Part shown: positions 9,865 through 18,537 of the stretch, piece after piece
Layout: each line of letters starts with the position of its first letter
Numbering within the stretch: position 1 is the first letter of the stretch
Source: Cyanobacteriota bacterium
GTDB taxonomy: Bacteria; Cyanobacteriota; Sericytochromatia; UBA7694; JACMQJ01
DNA length: 41,388 nucleotides
Direction of reading: 5' to 3'
NCBI GenBank assembly: GCA_038060635.1
Contig: JBBTGK010000057.1
Coordinates: forward strand, 1 to 41,388
Notes under the pieces: model-generated
Database searches by the model: none
What the model saw: the letters and a program-made list of their open reading frames with translations, nothing else
Told to the model about the DNA's origin: nothing
Program-made: the position numbers and the translations under genes

Positions 9865-10248
9865 TCACCAAATTCTTGAGGTTATATATTTATCAAATAT
9901 TTCATCTTTGCTTATCAATAACATATTTTCAGCTTTACTTTGTGCAACGATTAATCTGTCAAAAGGATCTCTATGATGCAAAGATAACTCTTCAAGACTG
10001 AAAATATGGTTTGGTTCTACAGAAATAATTTTAATACCTGAATTTTTTGTTTCATTTATTAAATCTCTAGTAGAATATGAAATATCAAGTTTACCCAAAC
10101 TTCTTTTTATAGAAACTTCCCAAAAGCTAATAATACTAACAAATAATTCCAACTTAGGATTCTTAATTATTTCTAGAACATTTTTTGATAATACATTATC
10201 ACCATTTAACAACCAAATTAACACATGAGTATCAAGTAAGTATTTCAT
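9865..10248 (-). CDS. vapC: PIN-domain toxin, VapC-like (type II toxin-antitoxin)
   Basis: N-terminal MKYLLDTHVLIW with the acidic PIN residue, later DPFDR and a C-terminal acidic block. Its start overlaps the upstream antitoxin stop as TAATG. Confidence 0.85.
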   Translation of the reverse strand: MKYLLDTHVLIWLLNGDNVLSKNVLEIIKNPKLELFVSIISFWEVSIKRSLGKLDISYSTRDLINETKNSGIKIISVEPNHIFSLEELSLHHRDPFDRLIVAQSKAENMLLISKDEIFDKYITSRIW

Positions 10249-10529
10249 TAATACATATATTCCTTAAAATCATCTAATGGTTCATCAAAATCATCAGCTA
10301 TATATTTAACAAAACCTTTTAATTTTCCAAATATTTTTCGTTCTTCTTGTACTTCTAATGACTTATCAAAATCATGAGTCTTATTACTATCAAACTTAGG
10401 GATAATCTTCTTTTGCTCTTGCTGTAATTTATATTTATTAACTAAAAATTCAACATAATCAAATATTTGAGATTTCATATTTTCTGGCATAATATGAATT
10501 TTAGAAAAAAGTTCTTGTTCATTTATCAT
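10248..10529 (-). CDS. Putative antitoxin partner of VapC (DUF2281-like)
   Basis: 93-aa acidic protein translationally coupled to the PIN toxin. The block 'QIFDYVEFLVNKY' resembles DUF2281-type antitoxins. Assigned mainly from position. Confidence 0.55.
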   Translation of the reverse strand: MINEQELFSKIHIMPENMKSQIFDYVEFLVNKYKLQQEQKKIIPKFDSNKTHDFDKSLEVQEERKIFGKLKGFVKYIADDFDEPLDDFKEYMY

Positions 10530-10596
10530 AATATTTCCATCCTACTATTATTTTACTTATTGTAGCATAATTTGATTTTATTTTTTTAAGAAGATT

Positions 10597-10893
10597 TTAT
10601 TCAACTTTAACTACTTTCCCATAAATTGTTCTTGTCCAACCATTTTCAAAACCATGGTTATTTGCAATTAGATATCCTCTATTTTTGTCTTTTTTTGTTA
10701 CTTTATGAGCATCAATATATCTGCCTTTTACCTTGCAAAAAACAATATCACTGATTTCATATTCTTCAAATTTTTGAAAAGTTAATAGCGAACCACTTTT
10801 TATTATTGGAAGCATAGAACTTCCAAAAACTTTCATTTTTCCCTGAGAATTTTGATTGAGTTCTTCTATTAACCTTAGATATTTACTACCCAT
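10597..10893 (-). CDS. Stand-alone S24/S26-like peptidase-fold protein
   Basis: 98 aa. GSSMLP matches the G-x-S-M-x-P nucleophile motif of LexA/signal-peptidase-type enzymes. It is followed by SDIVFCKV and HKV..GYLIANN, which resemble the general-base Lys region. No HTH or other domain is attached. Confidence 0.5.
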   Translation of the reverse strand: MGSKYLRLIEELNQNSQGKMKVFGSSMLPIIKSGSLLTFQKFEEYEISDIVFCKVKGRYIDAHKVTKKDKNRGYLIANNHGFENGWTRTIYGKVVKVE

Positions 10894-10956
10894 TAATTAA
10901 TTTTAATTTTTTATTCAAGGTACTTTAATAATAATAGCAGTAAAAAACTTTGTACC

Positions 10957-11400
10957 TTATTTCATATTTACTGCTGATGGTAATTTTGCTAGTTGATCAG
11001 AATTTAAGATAGCTTTCTTTTGTAAAAAATTCTCTAAAGCTTCCATTCTTAGTTTAGATTCTACAGCTAATTTTTCTTTCATTATTTTTCGTATAACATC
11101 AGAACTCGAATGAGGCGAAATCAACATTTTTTCTATTTCAAGTTGTTTAAGATCAATTTCTGCCTTAAATTTTATAGAAATTTTCTGAAAATCCATATTC
11201 ATTAATCTCATTTTATCTTTTTGAGCAGGAGTAAGATTTAAAACCCCCCAATTTATTGCAAGAGAATTTGTTGACTCTATAGGTGGTCTTGGAAGTTTTC
11301 TATCATCTGCAAAAGCAGTCAAAGAAAAAGCAAATGACAATAATAAAGATAAAAGAATCTTTTTGTTTATATCATTGAAAAAAATAATCTTATTTATCAT
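10957..11400 (-). CDS. Periplasmic LTXXQ-motif protein (Spy/CpxP / heavy-metal-sensor family)
   Basis: Signal peptide (LLSLLLSFAFSLTAFA), then LNLTPAQKDKM (LTXXQ) and a second degenerate LNSDQLAKL. Translationally coupled (TAATG) to the anti-sigma gene. Confidence 0.65.
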   Translation of the reverse strand: MINKIIFFNDINKKILLSLLLSFAFSLTAFADDRKLPRPPIESTNSLAINWGVLNLTPAQKDKMRLMNMDFQKISIKFKAEIDLKQLEIEKMLISPHSSSDVIRKIMKEKLAVESKLRMEALENFLQKKAILNSDQLAKLPSAVNMK

Positions 11401-12317
11401 TAAAGCCCAATATCCTCTATATCAAGATCATCTTTTTTACTTTCCGTAATTATGTCTATAGAGTCTGATTTATAATCCATACCTGATGAAAAAATATAAT
11501 TTTCAGAATGTTCTGTAATATTCACATTTGGATCTGCTGCAATCTGAGTAACAGGAGCAAATCTTGAAAAAGGCATTATAATCATTGCTGTTATTGCGGC
11601 TGCAATTGATAATTTAGAAAATTTATTTCTTGTAAAAGTACTAAATATTTTTATTTTAGATTCTTTTTCTTCAAGTGATTTAATTAATTTAGAAGAAAAA
11701 CCTATATTCAATGCTGGTTCGTATAATTTTGCTGTTACTTTTTTCAAATTATTAATAGTAACAAGTTTCTCTTCGCATACAGCACAATTTTCTAAATGCG
11801 CTAAGATTTGAATTCTGTCTTCTCCAAAAATTTCATTATCAGCATAAGCAGATAAATCTTCATACAAAGTATGTTCAACATCTAAGCCAATTTTTGACAT
11901 TAAGCTATCTAAAAAGCTATCTTCATCATACGAATAAAATTCTAATTCTTTTATAGAATCTGATTGTTTAGAGATTGCTGTATAAGTTTCTTCACAAGGA
12001 TAACACTCACCCAAATGATTTCTTATTTCTAAAGAATTTTCAATATTCATCTCATTATCATAGTATTCTGAAAGAGTATCAAAAGAGATATGTTTTACAT
12101 TCTCTATTTTTTCAAAAATGGCATTTATGAAACTATCTGAAACTTCTATATTATCAATATTTAATTTTTTTACGGATAAAGTTAAGGTTTTGTATGAATT
12201 AAAAATCGCACTACATTTAGAGCAAGCAAGCACATGCTCTTCAACTTGATGTGAATTTTTGTCATCAAGCTCATTATCAAAATAACTATTTATTAAACTT
12301 ATATCTATACAACTCAT
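11400..12317 (-). CDS. Membrane anti-sigma factor with three tandem zf-HC2 (HxxxCxxC) modules
   Basis: H28-C32-C35, H101-C105-C108 and H174-C178-C181, each preceded by Y-[FYA]-D-N-E. One predicted TM segment (LSIAAAITAMIIMPF). ATGA overlap with the ECF sigma gene. Confidence 0.75.
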   Translation of the reverse strand: MSCIDISLINSYFDNELDDKNSHQVEEHVLACSKCSAIFNSYKTLTLSVKKLNIDNIEVSDSFINAIFEKIENVKHISFDTLSEYYDNEMNIENSLEIRNHLGECYPCEETYTAISKQSDSIKELEFYSYDEDSFLDSLMSKIGLDVEHTLYEDLSAYADNEIFGEDRIQILAHLENCAVCEEKLVTINNLKKVTAKLYEPALNIGFSSKLIKSLEEKESKIKIFSTFTRNKFSKLSIAAAITAMIIMPFSRFAPVTQIAADPNVNITEHSENYIFSSGMDYKSDSIDIITESKKDDLDIEDIGL

Positions 12318-12913
12318 AATCTTTTCGGCTCCTTAAAATATAAGGACAACTCCTTTATCATCATCTCTCTTGCACGTGACAATCTTGATTTAACCGTACC
12401 TATGGTTATTCCTAAAATATCTCCAATTTCTTCATAAGAAAGAGATTGGTTATCTTTCATTACTATCAATAACCTAGATTGTTCTGGCATTGCTCTTAAT
12501 GTTTTATCAACAAAAATTTTCCACTCTTCACTTAATAAAATCTCTTCAGGGATTGGTGAAGGATCTTCAATTTCTCTCTCTCTTTGTTCGCCAGAATCAT
12601 CATCTGAAAACATTTCGCTTAGAGAAACCTCGTTCCTATCACTCTCCTTTCTTTTTTTACTATAGTAAGTAGTGATTGCTATTCGATTCAACCAAGACTT
12701 AAAGGAGGAGTAAGTTTTTACCTTACCTATAGAATTATAGACTTTTACCCAAACTTCTTGTGCAAGATCTTCAACACTATCCTTATCAGGTAACATCCTG
12801 AAAAGGAGACTAAAAACAAAGCGTTGATACTTTCTTACTAATTCAGCAAAAGCTCCCTTATCGCCTCTTTGGCATCTTCGAATAAGCTCTTCTTCAATTT
12901 CGTTAACCATCAT
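12314..12913 (-). CDS. ECF-type RNA polymerase sigma-70 family factor
   Basis: Region 2 (AFAELVRKYQRFVFSLLFRM, DLAQEVWVKV) and region 4 HTH (LSYEEIGDILGITIGTVKSRLSRAR). An anti-sigma gene lies immediately downstream. Confidence 0.9.
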   Translation of the reverse strand: MMVNEIEEELIRRCQRGDKGAFAELVRKYQRFVFSLLFRMLPDKDSVEDLAQEVWVKVYNSIGKVKTYSSFKSWLNRIAITTYYSKKRKESDRNEVSLSEMFSDDDSGEQREREIEDPSPIPEEILLSEEWKIFVDKTLRAMPEQSRLLIVMKDNQSLSYEEIGDILGITIGTVKSRLSRAREMMIKELSLYFKEPKRL

Positions 12914-12944
12914 TAAGCTTATTCAATATTGTTCCTTATATATA

Positions 12945-12971
12945 TAGACGCAAGTTTTGCTAAAAAGTTCC
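12945..12971 (-). promoter_or_regulatory. ECF-type autoregulatory promoter (GGAACTT-N-CGTCTA)
   Basis: The minus strand reads GGAACTT (12971-12965). There are 16 nt between GGAAC and CGTCTA (12950-12945). The site lies about 30 nt upstream of the sigma-factor start and matches the common ECF -35 GGAAC / -10 CGTC pattern. Confidence 0.6.
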
Positions 12972-12989
12972 ATGAAGTTTTGTAAATAA

Positions 12990-15482
12990 TTAGAACTCGG
13001 TGTTCTCTATTATATCCATAACCATATTTTTATATTTTTCTAAAAGATTAGAGACCTTTACAGCATCATCACCATCAGCATATAAACGAACTATTGGATC
13101 TGAAGCAGATGGTAAAATCAAAGCCCAACTTCCATCTGGCTCATGTACTTTTATCCCATCAAGAAGATCTACTTTTTGACCTCTAGTTTTTTCTACCAAA
13201 TTTCTAATAACAGTACCTTTTTTCTCTGTAATACATGGAACAGTATCAGTTAAGAAATTTATTTTAGGAATATCTTTTAATATACTAGATATTTTTTCAT
13301 TTTTCCTACTTAAAAGAGTGGCAAGTTTTGCTGTTGCAAACATAGCATCAAAACCACAATGGAAATAAGGGAAAATAAATTTACCACCACTTATTGCAGA
13401 AAGAATAGCCCCTCTATTTCTAGCAGTTTCCATTAATGATCTATTATTTGCTTTAGTCATTATAGTTCTACTTCCATATTGAAGTGTTATTTGATCAATA
13501 ACATTAGGATAATCAACAGGAACAACAATATCTTTACCTGGACTTTCTTCTAAGGTTAGTTTTACCATAAGAGCTAGTAAAATATGATTATCAACAATTT
13601 GCCCTTTATCATCAACTAAAATAAGTCTTTCTCCATCACTATCTAATATTGCACCAAAATCAGCTTTTAAGGCTAAAACTACTTCAGAAAGTTGTTTTAT
13701 AGATGATTCTGTATTAACATTAGGACGACTCATAACATGAGCATTAAGAACTACTGTATCCATTCCTAATTGACCTAATAAAGTTGGTAAAACAACGTTA
13801 TTTATTTTATAAGCATAATCAAGAACTATTTTTAAAGGTTTATGATTTTTTTCTGTAAAAAAGTCATAAAAACTTTCAGTATATCTTTCTTTTACTCTAG
13901 CAGGATAATTAATTTCACCAATTTCTTCTATAGTAGCTCTTCTAAAATCTTGTTTGTAATAGGTTGATTCTATTTTTTTCTCTTGATTTGGAGATATATT
14001 AAGCCCTGAAGCATCTAAAAATTCTATGGTAACTTTTTCAGGATTTTCAGAATCAGCTCTTACATGAACACCACCAGCAACGCCTAATGAAGCAATTCTA
14101 TGTCTTGTTATTGGTATAGGAGTTTCTTCTAAATTTCTTACATCAACTCCAACAGATAAAATTCCTGAAAATAAAGCTCTACTAATTAATCTAGCAGCTT
14201 TACTTTGATCTCTACTGATCGTTACGCTTTTTCCAATTCCTATGGTTGCACCATAAGCAGCACCAATTGTTACACAAAGTTCTGGAGAAATATCAAGATT
14301 AATAAGACCTTTTACACCACCTTCACCAAAAAGACTTTTTTGAGCACCAGTTCCCCAAACTAAACTATCTTTTACAACTGATGATGATTCTATATTTTTA
14401 GATGGCCATACTCTTACTTCTGGTCTTACTTCAGATTTGCTTCCTAAAACACAATCATCACCTATAACAGCTCCTTCTAAAATTCTAGCTTCAGATTTTA
14501 CTTTTGCATTTTTACCTAAAATACAGCCACTTAATGAAGCATGTTTATCAATATAAACTCCATTCCATAAAACAGGTCTTTTTAAAGAAGCTCCATCAGA
14601 AACAACAACATTATCACCTATTATGGTATTTTCTGATATTTTTACATTTTTACCAATATAACAATTATTTCCAATAACGCAAGGTGATTCAATAACAGCA
14701 GAAGCTTCTATTACAACACCTTCTCCGATAAAAATACCTTTTTCTTTTTCTTCATAAGGTACATTTATATCTACTTTTCCATTTAAAACATCATAATTTG
14801 AAGATCTATAAGTATCTAAACTACCAACATCACACCAATATCCTTGGGCAATGTATCCATATAAAGGTTCATTATTTTTTAATAAAGCTGGAAATAAGTC
14901 TTTAGAAAAATCTTTTTCTGCATTTGGTTCAAGATATTTTAAAACTTCTGGTTCTAAAATATAGATTCCAGTATTTATTGTATCGCTAAAAACTTCACTA
15001 CTAGTTGGTTTTTCTAAAAATCGCTCTATTTTTCCATCATCATCTGTTATTACTACACCAAATTCTAAAGGGTTTGTAACTCTTGTAAGAACTATGGTAG
15101 CTTTAGAGCCTTTTGATTTATGAAAATCTATAGCATCTTGCAAATTAAAATCAGTTAAAGCGTCTCCACTTATTACAATAAAAGTTTCACCTAGTTTATC
15201 TTCTATGTTTTTTACACAACCAGCTGTTCCTAAAGGAGCACCTTCTTCTATAGAATAAGAAACATTTGCATTAAAATCCTCACCTGTTTGTAAATAATTC
15301 TCTATTACTGTAGGCAAGTAATGAAGCGTTACAATTATATCTTTTATCTCATATTTTGTTAATAAATCAACTATATGACCTATAATAGGCTTATTTACTA
15401 TAGGAACCATAGGCTTAGGAATAGAACAAGTAAGAGGTCTTAACCTTGTTCCTGAACCACCTGCCATCAAAACTGCTTTCAT
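12990..15482 (-). CDS. Fused sugar-1-phosphate nucleotidyltransferase (mannose-1-P guanylyltransferase-like) / left-handed beta-helix / phosphohexomutase-like protein
   Basis: N-terminal [13 protein letters not shown] nucleotidyltransferase signature. Hexapeptide-repeat middle. C-terminal PGM/PMM-like region with an Mg loop DSDGER but divergent phosphoserine loop (ADSENP) and phosphate loop (LPSASDP). Confidence 0.85.
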   Translation of the reverse strand: MKAVLMAGGSGTRLRPLTCSIPKPMVPIVNKPIIGHIVDLLTKYEIKDIIVTLHYLPTVIENYLQTGEDFNANVSYSIEEGAPLGTAGCVKNIEDKLGETFIVISGDALTDFNLQDAIDFHKSKGSKATIVLTRVTNPLEFGVVITDDDGKIERFLEKPTSSEVFSDTINTGIYILEPEVLKYLEPNAEKDFSKDLFPALLKNNEPLYGYIAQGYWCDVGSLDTYRSSNYDVLNGKVDINVPYEEKEKGIFIGEGVVIEASAVIESPCVIGNNCYIGKNVKISENTIIGDNVVVSDGASLKRPVLWNGVYIDKHASLSGCILGKNAKVKSEARILEGAVIGDDCVLGSKSEVRPEVRVWPSKNIESSSVVKDSLVWGTGAQKSLFGEGGVKGLINLDISPELCVTIGAAYGATIGIGKSVTISRDQSKAARLISRALFSGILSVGVDVRNLEETPIPITRHRIASLGVAGGVHVRADSENPEKVTIEFLDASGLNISPNQEKKIESTYYKQDFRRATIEEIGEINYPARVKERYTESFYDFFTEKNHKPLKIVLDYAYKINNVVLPTLLGQLGMDTVVLNAHVMSRPNVNTESSIKQLSEVVLALKADFGAILDSDGERLILVDDKGQIVDNHILLALMVKLTLEESPGKDIVVPVDYPNVIDQITLQYGSRTIMTKANNRSLMETARNRGAILSAISGGKFIFPYFHCGFDAMFATAKLATLLSRKNEKISSILKDIPKINFLTDTVPCITEKKGTVIRNLVEKTRGQKVDLLDGIKVHEPDGSWALILPSASDPIVRLYADGDDAVKVSNLLEKYKNMVMDIIENTEF

Positions 15483-15583
15483 AATTGCAAACCTTTCTTA
15501 ATATTGATAAGTAAACGTTAATGTATTATACATTAGTTTATCTAATCTTATATAATCAAAAATAGGCTAAATAAAAAACTATT

Positions 15584-16735
15584 TTAAGTTAAAATAATTT
15601 TAGCAATAGTTTGAAGTTGCATAAAAGATGTTCCTTCATAAATTTTACCTATTTTAGAATCTCTAAAATATTTTTCTGCTGGATAATCTTTTGTAAAACC
15701 ATAACCACCGAAAACTTCTATACATTGAGACGCTACTTTTTCTGCAACATGAGAAGAAAAATATTTAGCCATTGCAGCTTCTTTTATATAATCTTTTTTA
15801 GCATCTTTTATTCTAGCAGCATTATAAACCATAAGTCTTGCAGCTTCTGTTTCTACAGCTAATTCAGCTAATTGAAATTGAAGTGCTTGGAAACTTGAAA
15901 TAGATTTTCCAAATTGGAATCTTTCTTTTGAATATTTTATTGCATGTTCTAATGCACCTTGTGCAACACCAATCATTTGAGCTCCAATTCCTATTCTTCC
16001 TTCATTTAAAGTTTCAATAGCTACTTTGTAACCTTTACCTACTTCCCCTAAAACATTTTCTTTAGGAACAATACAATCATCAAGAACAAGCTCACAAGTG
16101 CTACTAGCTCTTATTCCTAATTTATCTTCTTTTTTACCTATAGAAAAACCAGTAAAACCTTTTTCTACAACAAAAGCTGTTATTCCTTTATAACCTAAAT
16201 CTTTATTTGCATTTGCAAAAACTATAAAAATGTCAGATTCATTTGCATTTGTGATCCAAAGTTTTCTACCATTTAATAAATAATGATCTCCTTTATCTTC
16301 AGCTTTAGTTTCAAGAGCAAAAGCATCACTACCAGAACCAGCTTCTGATAAAGCATAAGAACCAACAAATTGAGTTGCAAGTTTTGGCAAATATTTTTGT
16401 TTTAATTCTTTACTTCCCCATCTTACAAAAGCGTTATTTACTAGAGTATTTTGAACATCAACTAAAACTGATGGTGACGCATCAACTTTAGCAAATTCTT
16501 CTATCAATAAAATTGAGTTAAAAAAAGTGCTTCCTGCACCTTCATATTCTTCTGGTATTTCTATACCCATTACTCCAAGATCAAAAAACTTTTTTAATAA
16601 ATTTTTATCAAAATGAGATTCTTCATCCATTTTTTTTACTAATGGTTTTATATTTTCTTCAGCAAAGCTTTTTACTGTATCTCTAAACATTATTTCTTCT
16701 TCTGAAAAATGAGTTAAAGGTGAGAAATTAGACAT
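15584..16735 (-). CDS. Acyl-CoA dehydrogenase (short/butyryl-chain type)
   Basis: 383 aa. YALSEAGSGSDA, KLWITNA, QFG and the C-terminal IYEGTS catalytic-Glu block are typical of ACADs. Confidence 0.9.
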   Translation of the reverse strand: MSNFSPLTHFSEEEIMFRDTVKSFAEENIKPLVKKMDEESHFDKNLLKKFFDLGVMGIEIPEEYEGAGSTFFNSILLIEEFAKVDASPSVLVDVQNTLVNNAFVRWGSKELKQKYLPKLATQFVGSYALSEAGSGSDAFALETKAEDKGDHYLLNGRKLWITNANESDIFIVFANANKDLGYKGITAFVVEKGFTGFSIGKKEDKLGIRASSTCELVLDDCIVPKENVLGEVGKGYKVAIETLNEGRIGIGAQMIGVAQGALEHAIKYSKERFQFGKSISSFQALQFQLAELAVETEAARLMVYNAARIKDAKKDYIKEAAMAKYFSSHVAEKVASQCIEVFGGYGFTKDYPAEKYFRDSKIGKIYEGTSFMQLQTIAKIILT

Positions 16736-16885
16736 ATTAATATTTCCTATAAAATTGATATTTTAATAATTACAGACAATAATTTTATCACATTAAAATA
16801 AAATGAAAAATTGATTGATATTAATTTTAATAGATTTATAATCGGCAATAAAAATTTAATAAAACTAAAATTACATTGTAAATAC

Positions 16886-18130
16886 CTATTTTAAAGCAGA
16901 TAAAATTTCATTAAATTGAAGTTGAACCATTAAAGCCTCATTTAATTGAGCTTTTGTAATTATTTCAGAATCTAATAAAAAATTACCTAAAAGAGGTCCT
17001 TTTGATTCTCCACCAGCTTCATAATTAGCACCAGATCTTGTTGCGGCACGACTTCTATTACTTGCTTCAAAATTTTGTACTGAAACTCTATGAAGTTGTA
17101 TAATTTTATCAAGTTTTTCTACTGGAATATGACCTAAAAATGCTAACCATTCTCCAATTCTCAATCTCATTTCTTTATCTTGTGGAGCATCGTTGGCTCT
17201 TTTAAATAAAATATATTTTGCCATATAAACAGAATATACTTTGTATATAAAATTTACCATACTCAAATTTGAATAAGCTTCAGAATAAACTAAAGATAAA
17301 GACTTAAAACCATCGCAAGGTTTTATAAATTGATATATTTCTACTGGTGTAGATAAATTACCTAATGCTTTTTTAGCACTTTCTGTAGGAATAGGAATTA
17401 TATATTTTAATGTTTCATTTATAGACATTATAGGCTTACTATTAGTTTTATCTACAGGATCTTTTGGTTTTAAGTTAAAAGTTCCTGTTAAAGTTAGACC
17501 TTTAGAAAATTTCATTTCTACTGTATTTCCACTAGGTCTTGGAGGTAAAGTAGATGGTGGGGCTGATGGTGCAGGCATTGTTGGTATAAATTTTTTAACA
17601 GTATTCATTTGATGAACACCTGATGAATTGAAATTTGGTGCTGGTGGTGGAGATGCAGGTTGTCCAATAATTTGAGGTGGTGCAGATGGTGGAGCTGAGG
17701 GAGGTGTAGTATTAGGACGAGATGGTGGAGATGTTTGAGCTGCTGTAGTTGCATTATTACTTTTAATTGAATTTTGCAAAATTAGACTAACTTCAGACAT
17801 AACGCTTTGTTTTACTTCTTCATTTAAAGTAGTAGCTAATTTATTGAAGATTGGAAAAACAGGGATACTTTGTATATGTAATTGCCTTAAAACATTCCAA
17901 TTTAATTCTTCTAAAACTTTTTGTTGGGTGTCTTTAGGAAGAACAGCTAATATTCTACTAACAACAGAAAAAGGATCTGCAGTATGAGATTGAGCAACAC
18001 CATTTACAAGAATCTGAGTAATTTGAGTTAGTGTTTTTTGCTTGTTATCATTATTAAGTAGATTTACTACATTCTCAGCTTCGGATATATCTTTTATAAA
18101 CATATAATTAAAATTTAAATAAATTCTCAA
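16886..18130 (-). CDS. Hypothetical protein with a proline-rich linker and a C-terminal MshEN/T2SSE_N-like 24-residue motif
   Basis: Long ORF with coding-like composition. Central SPPSRPNTTPPSAPPSAPP...SPPPAP low-complexity region. C-terminal LLGNFLLDSEIITKAQLNEALMVQ fits xLGxx[LIV][LIV]xxGx[LIV]xxxxLxxxLxxQ except G to E at position 10. The start is uncertain (TTG at 18130 or ATG at 18103; no clear SD for either). Confidence 0.6.
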   Translation of the reverse strand: MRIYLNFNYMFIKDISEAENVVNLLNNDNKQKTLTQITQILVNGVAQSHTADPFSVVSRILAVLPKDTQQKVLEELNWNVLRQLHIQSIPVFPIFNKLATTLNEEVKQSVMSEVSLILQNSIKSNNATTAAQTSPPSRPNTTPPSAPPSAPPQIIGQPASPPPAPNFNSSGVHQMNTVKKFIPTMPAPSAPPSTLPPRPSGNTVEMKFSKGLTLTGTFNLKPKDPVDKTNSKPIMSINETLKYIIPIPTESAKKALGNLSTPVEIYQFIKPCDGFKSLSLVYSEAYSNLSMVNFIYKVYSVYMAKYILFKRANDAPQDKEMRLRIGEWLAFLGHIPVEKLDKIIQLHRVSVQNFEASNRSRAATRSGANYEAGGESKGPLLGNFLLDSEIITKAQLNEALMVQLQFNEILSALK

Positions 18131-18216
18131 AAATCATATTATACATTATAAACTATATTACAAAAACTATATACCTTAAAATTTAAAAATATATCAAAGC
18201 AATTTAAATTTATATA

Positions 18217-18250
18217 GCAAAAAAGCAGGAAAAAATTCGTTTCCCTGCTT
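18217..18250 (-). terminator. Rho-independent terminator closing the small-peptide unit
   Basis: The minus strand reads AAGCAGGGAA-ACGAATTTT-TTCCTGC-TTTTTTGC. This is a GC-containing stem (GCAGG(G)AA/TTCCTGC, one bulge) followed by a T6 run. It lies about 32 nt after the stop of the 18282-18335 peptide ORF. Confidence 0.6.
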
Positions 18251-18281
18251 GGTAAATAATTCTAAAAATCTTTTCTAAAAA

Positions 18282-18335
18282 TTATCTAAATGATAATCCT
18301 GAATTAATAAATCTGTTGAAAACATAAGAATCCAT
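18282..18335 (-). CDS. 17-codon small ORF, copy B (MDSYVFNRFINSGLSFR)
   Basis: ATG preceded by GGAGG (18342-18346) with a 6-nt spacer TTTATT. Stop is TAA. It is a paralogue of 18388-18441 with two synonymous differences. Below the size cutoff of the ORF track. Confidence 0.5.
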   Translation of the reverse strand: MDSYVFNRFINSGLSFR

Positions 18336-18387
18336 AATAAACCTCCTATTTATAATATATATCAAATTTAACTTCTTAATTTCAAAA

Positions 18388-18441
18388 CTATTTAAAAAAT
18401 AATCCTGAATTAATAAACCTGTTAAACATATAAGAATCCAT
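18388..18441 (-). CDS. 17-codon small ORF, copy A (MDSYMFNRFINSGLFFK)
   Basis: ATG preceded by GGAGG (18448-18452) with the identical 6-nt spacer TTTATT. Stop is TAG. A TATAAT hexamer lies 14 nt upstream of the SD. Confidence 0.5.
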   Translation of the reverse strand: MDSYMFNRFINSGLFFK

Positions 18442-18537
18442 AATAAACCTCCATTTCAAATACATATTATATTTAGGGGTGTATTTAATACCCACTGTCA
18501 ATATTTCTTAATTTATTTAAAATTAAGAAACAAAAAA

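Noticed and set aside
9783-10001. A 72-aa track ORF starts inside repeat copy 1.
   Set aside because: It has no SD and mostly overlaps vapC on the opposite strand. The homologous frame in copy 2 stops after 18 codons. Only the first ~18 codons are conserved, and that is covered under the repeat finding.
18217-18335. The Phe-rich short ORF followed by a terminator could be a leader-peptide transcription attenuator for the downstream 414-aa gene.
   Set aside because: I could not find an alternative antiterminator pairing with the terminator's 5' arm. The peptide is duplicated with its own SD, and the downstream gene has no link to Phe metabolism.
18285-18452. The direct repeat with a 106-nt period could be read as a minimal CRISPR-like or other non-coding tandem repeat.
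   Set aside because: There are only two copies and no cas genes. The repeated unit includes a perfect SD, an ATG and a length-preserved 17-codon frame with synonymous differences, so a coding duplication explains it better.
18453-18500. A consensus TTGACA upstream of peptide copy A could be its -35 element.
   Set aside because: The nearest TATAAT is 24 nt downstream, too far for a sigma-70 promoter. The hexamer that is 17 nt upstream of TATAAT matches only 3/6. Promoter assignment is left open.
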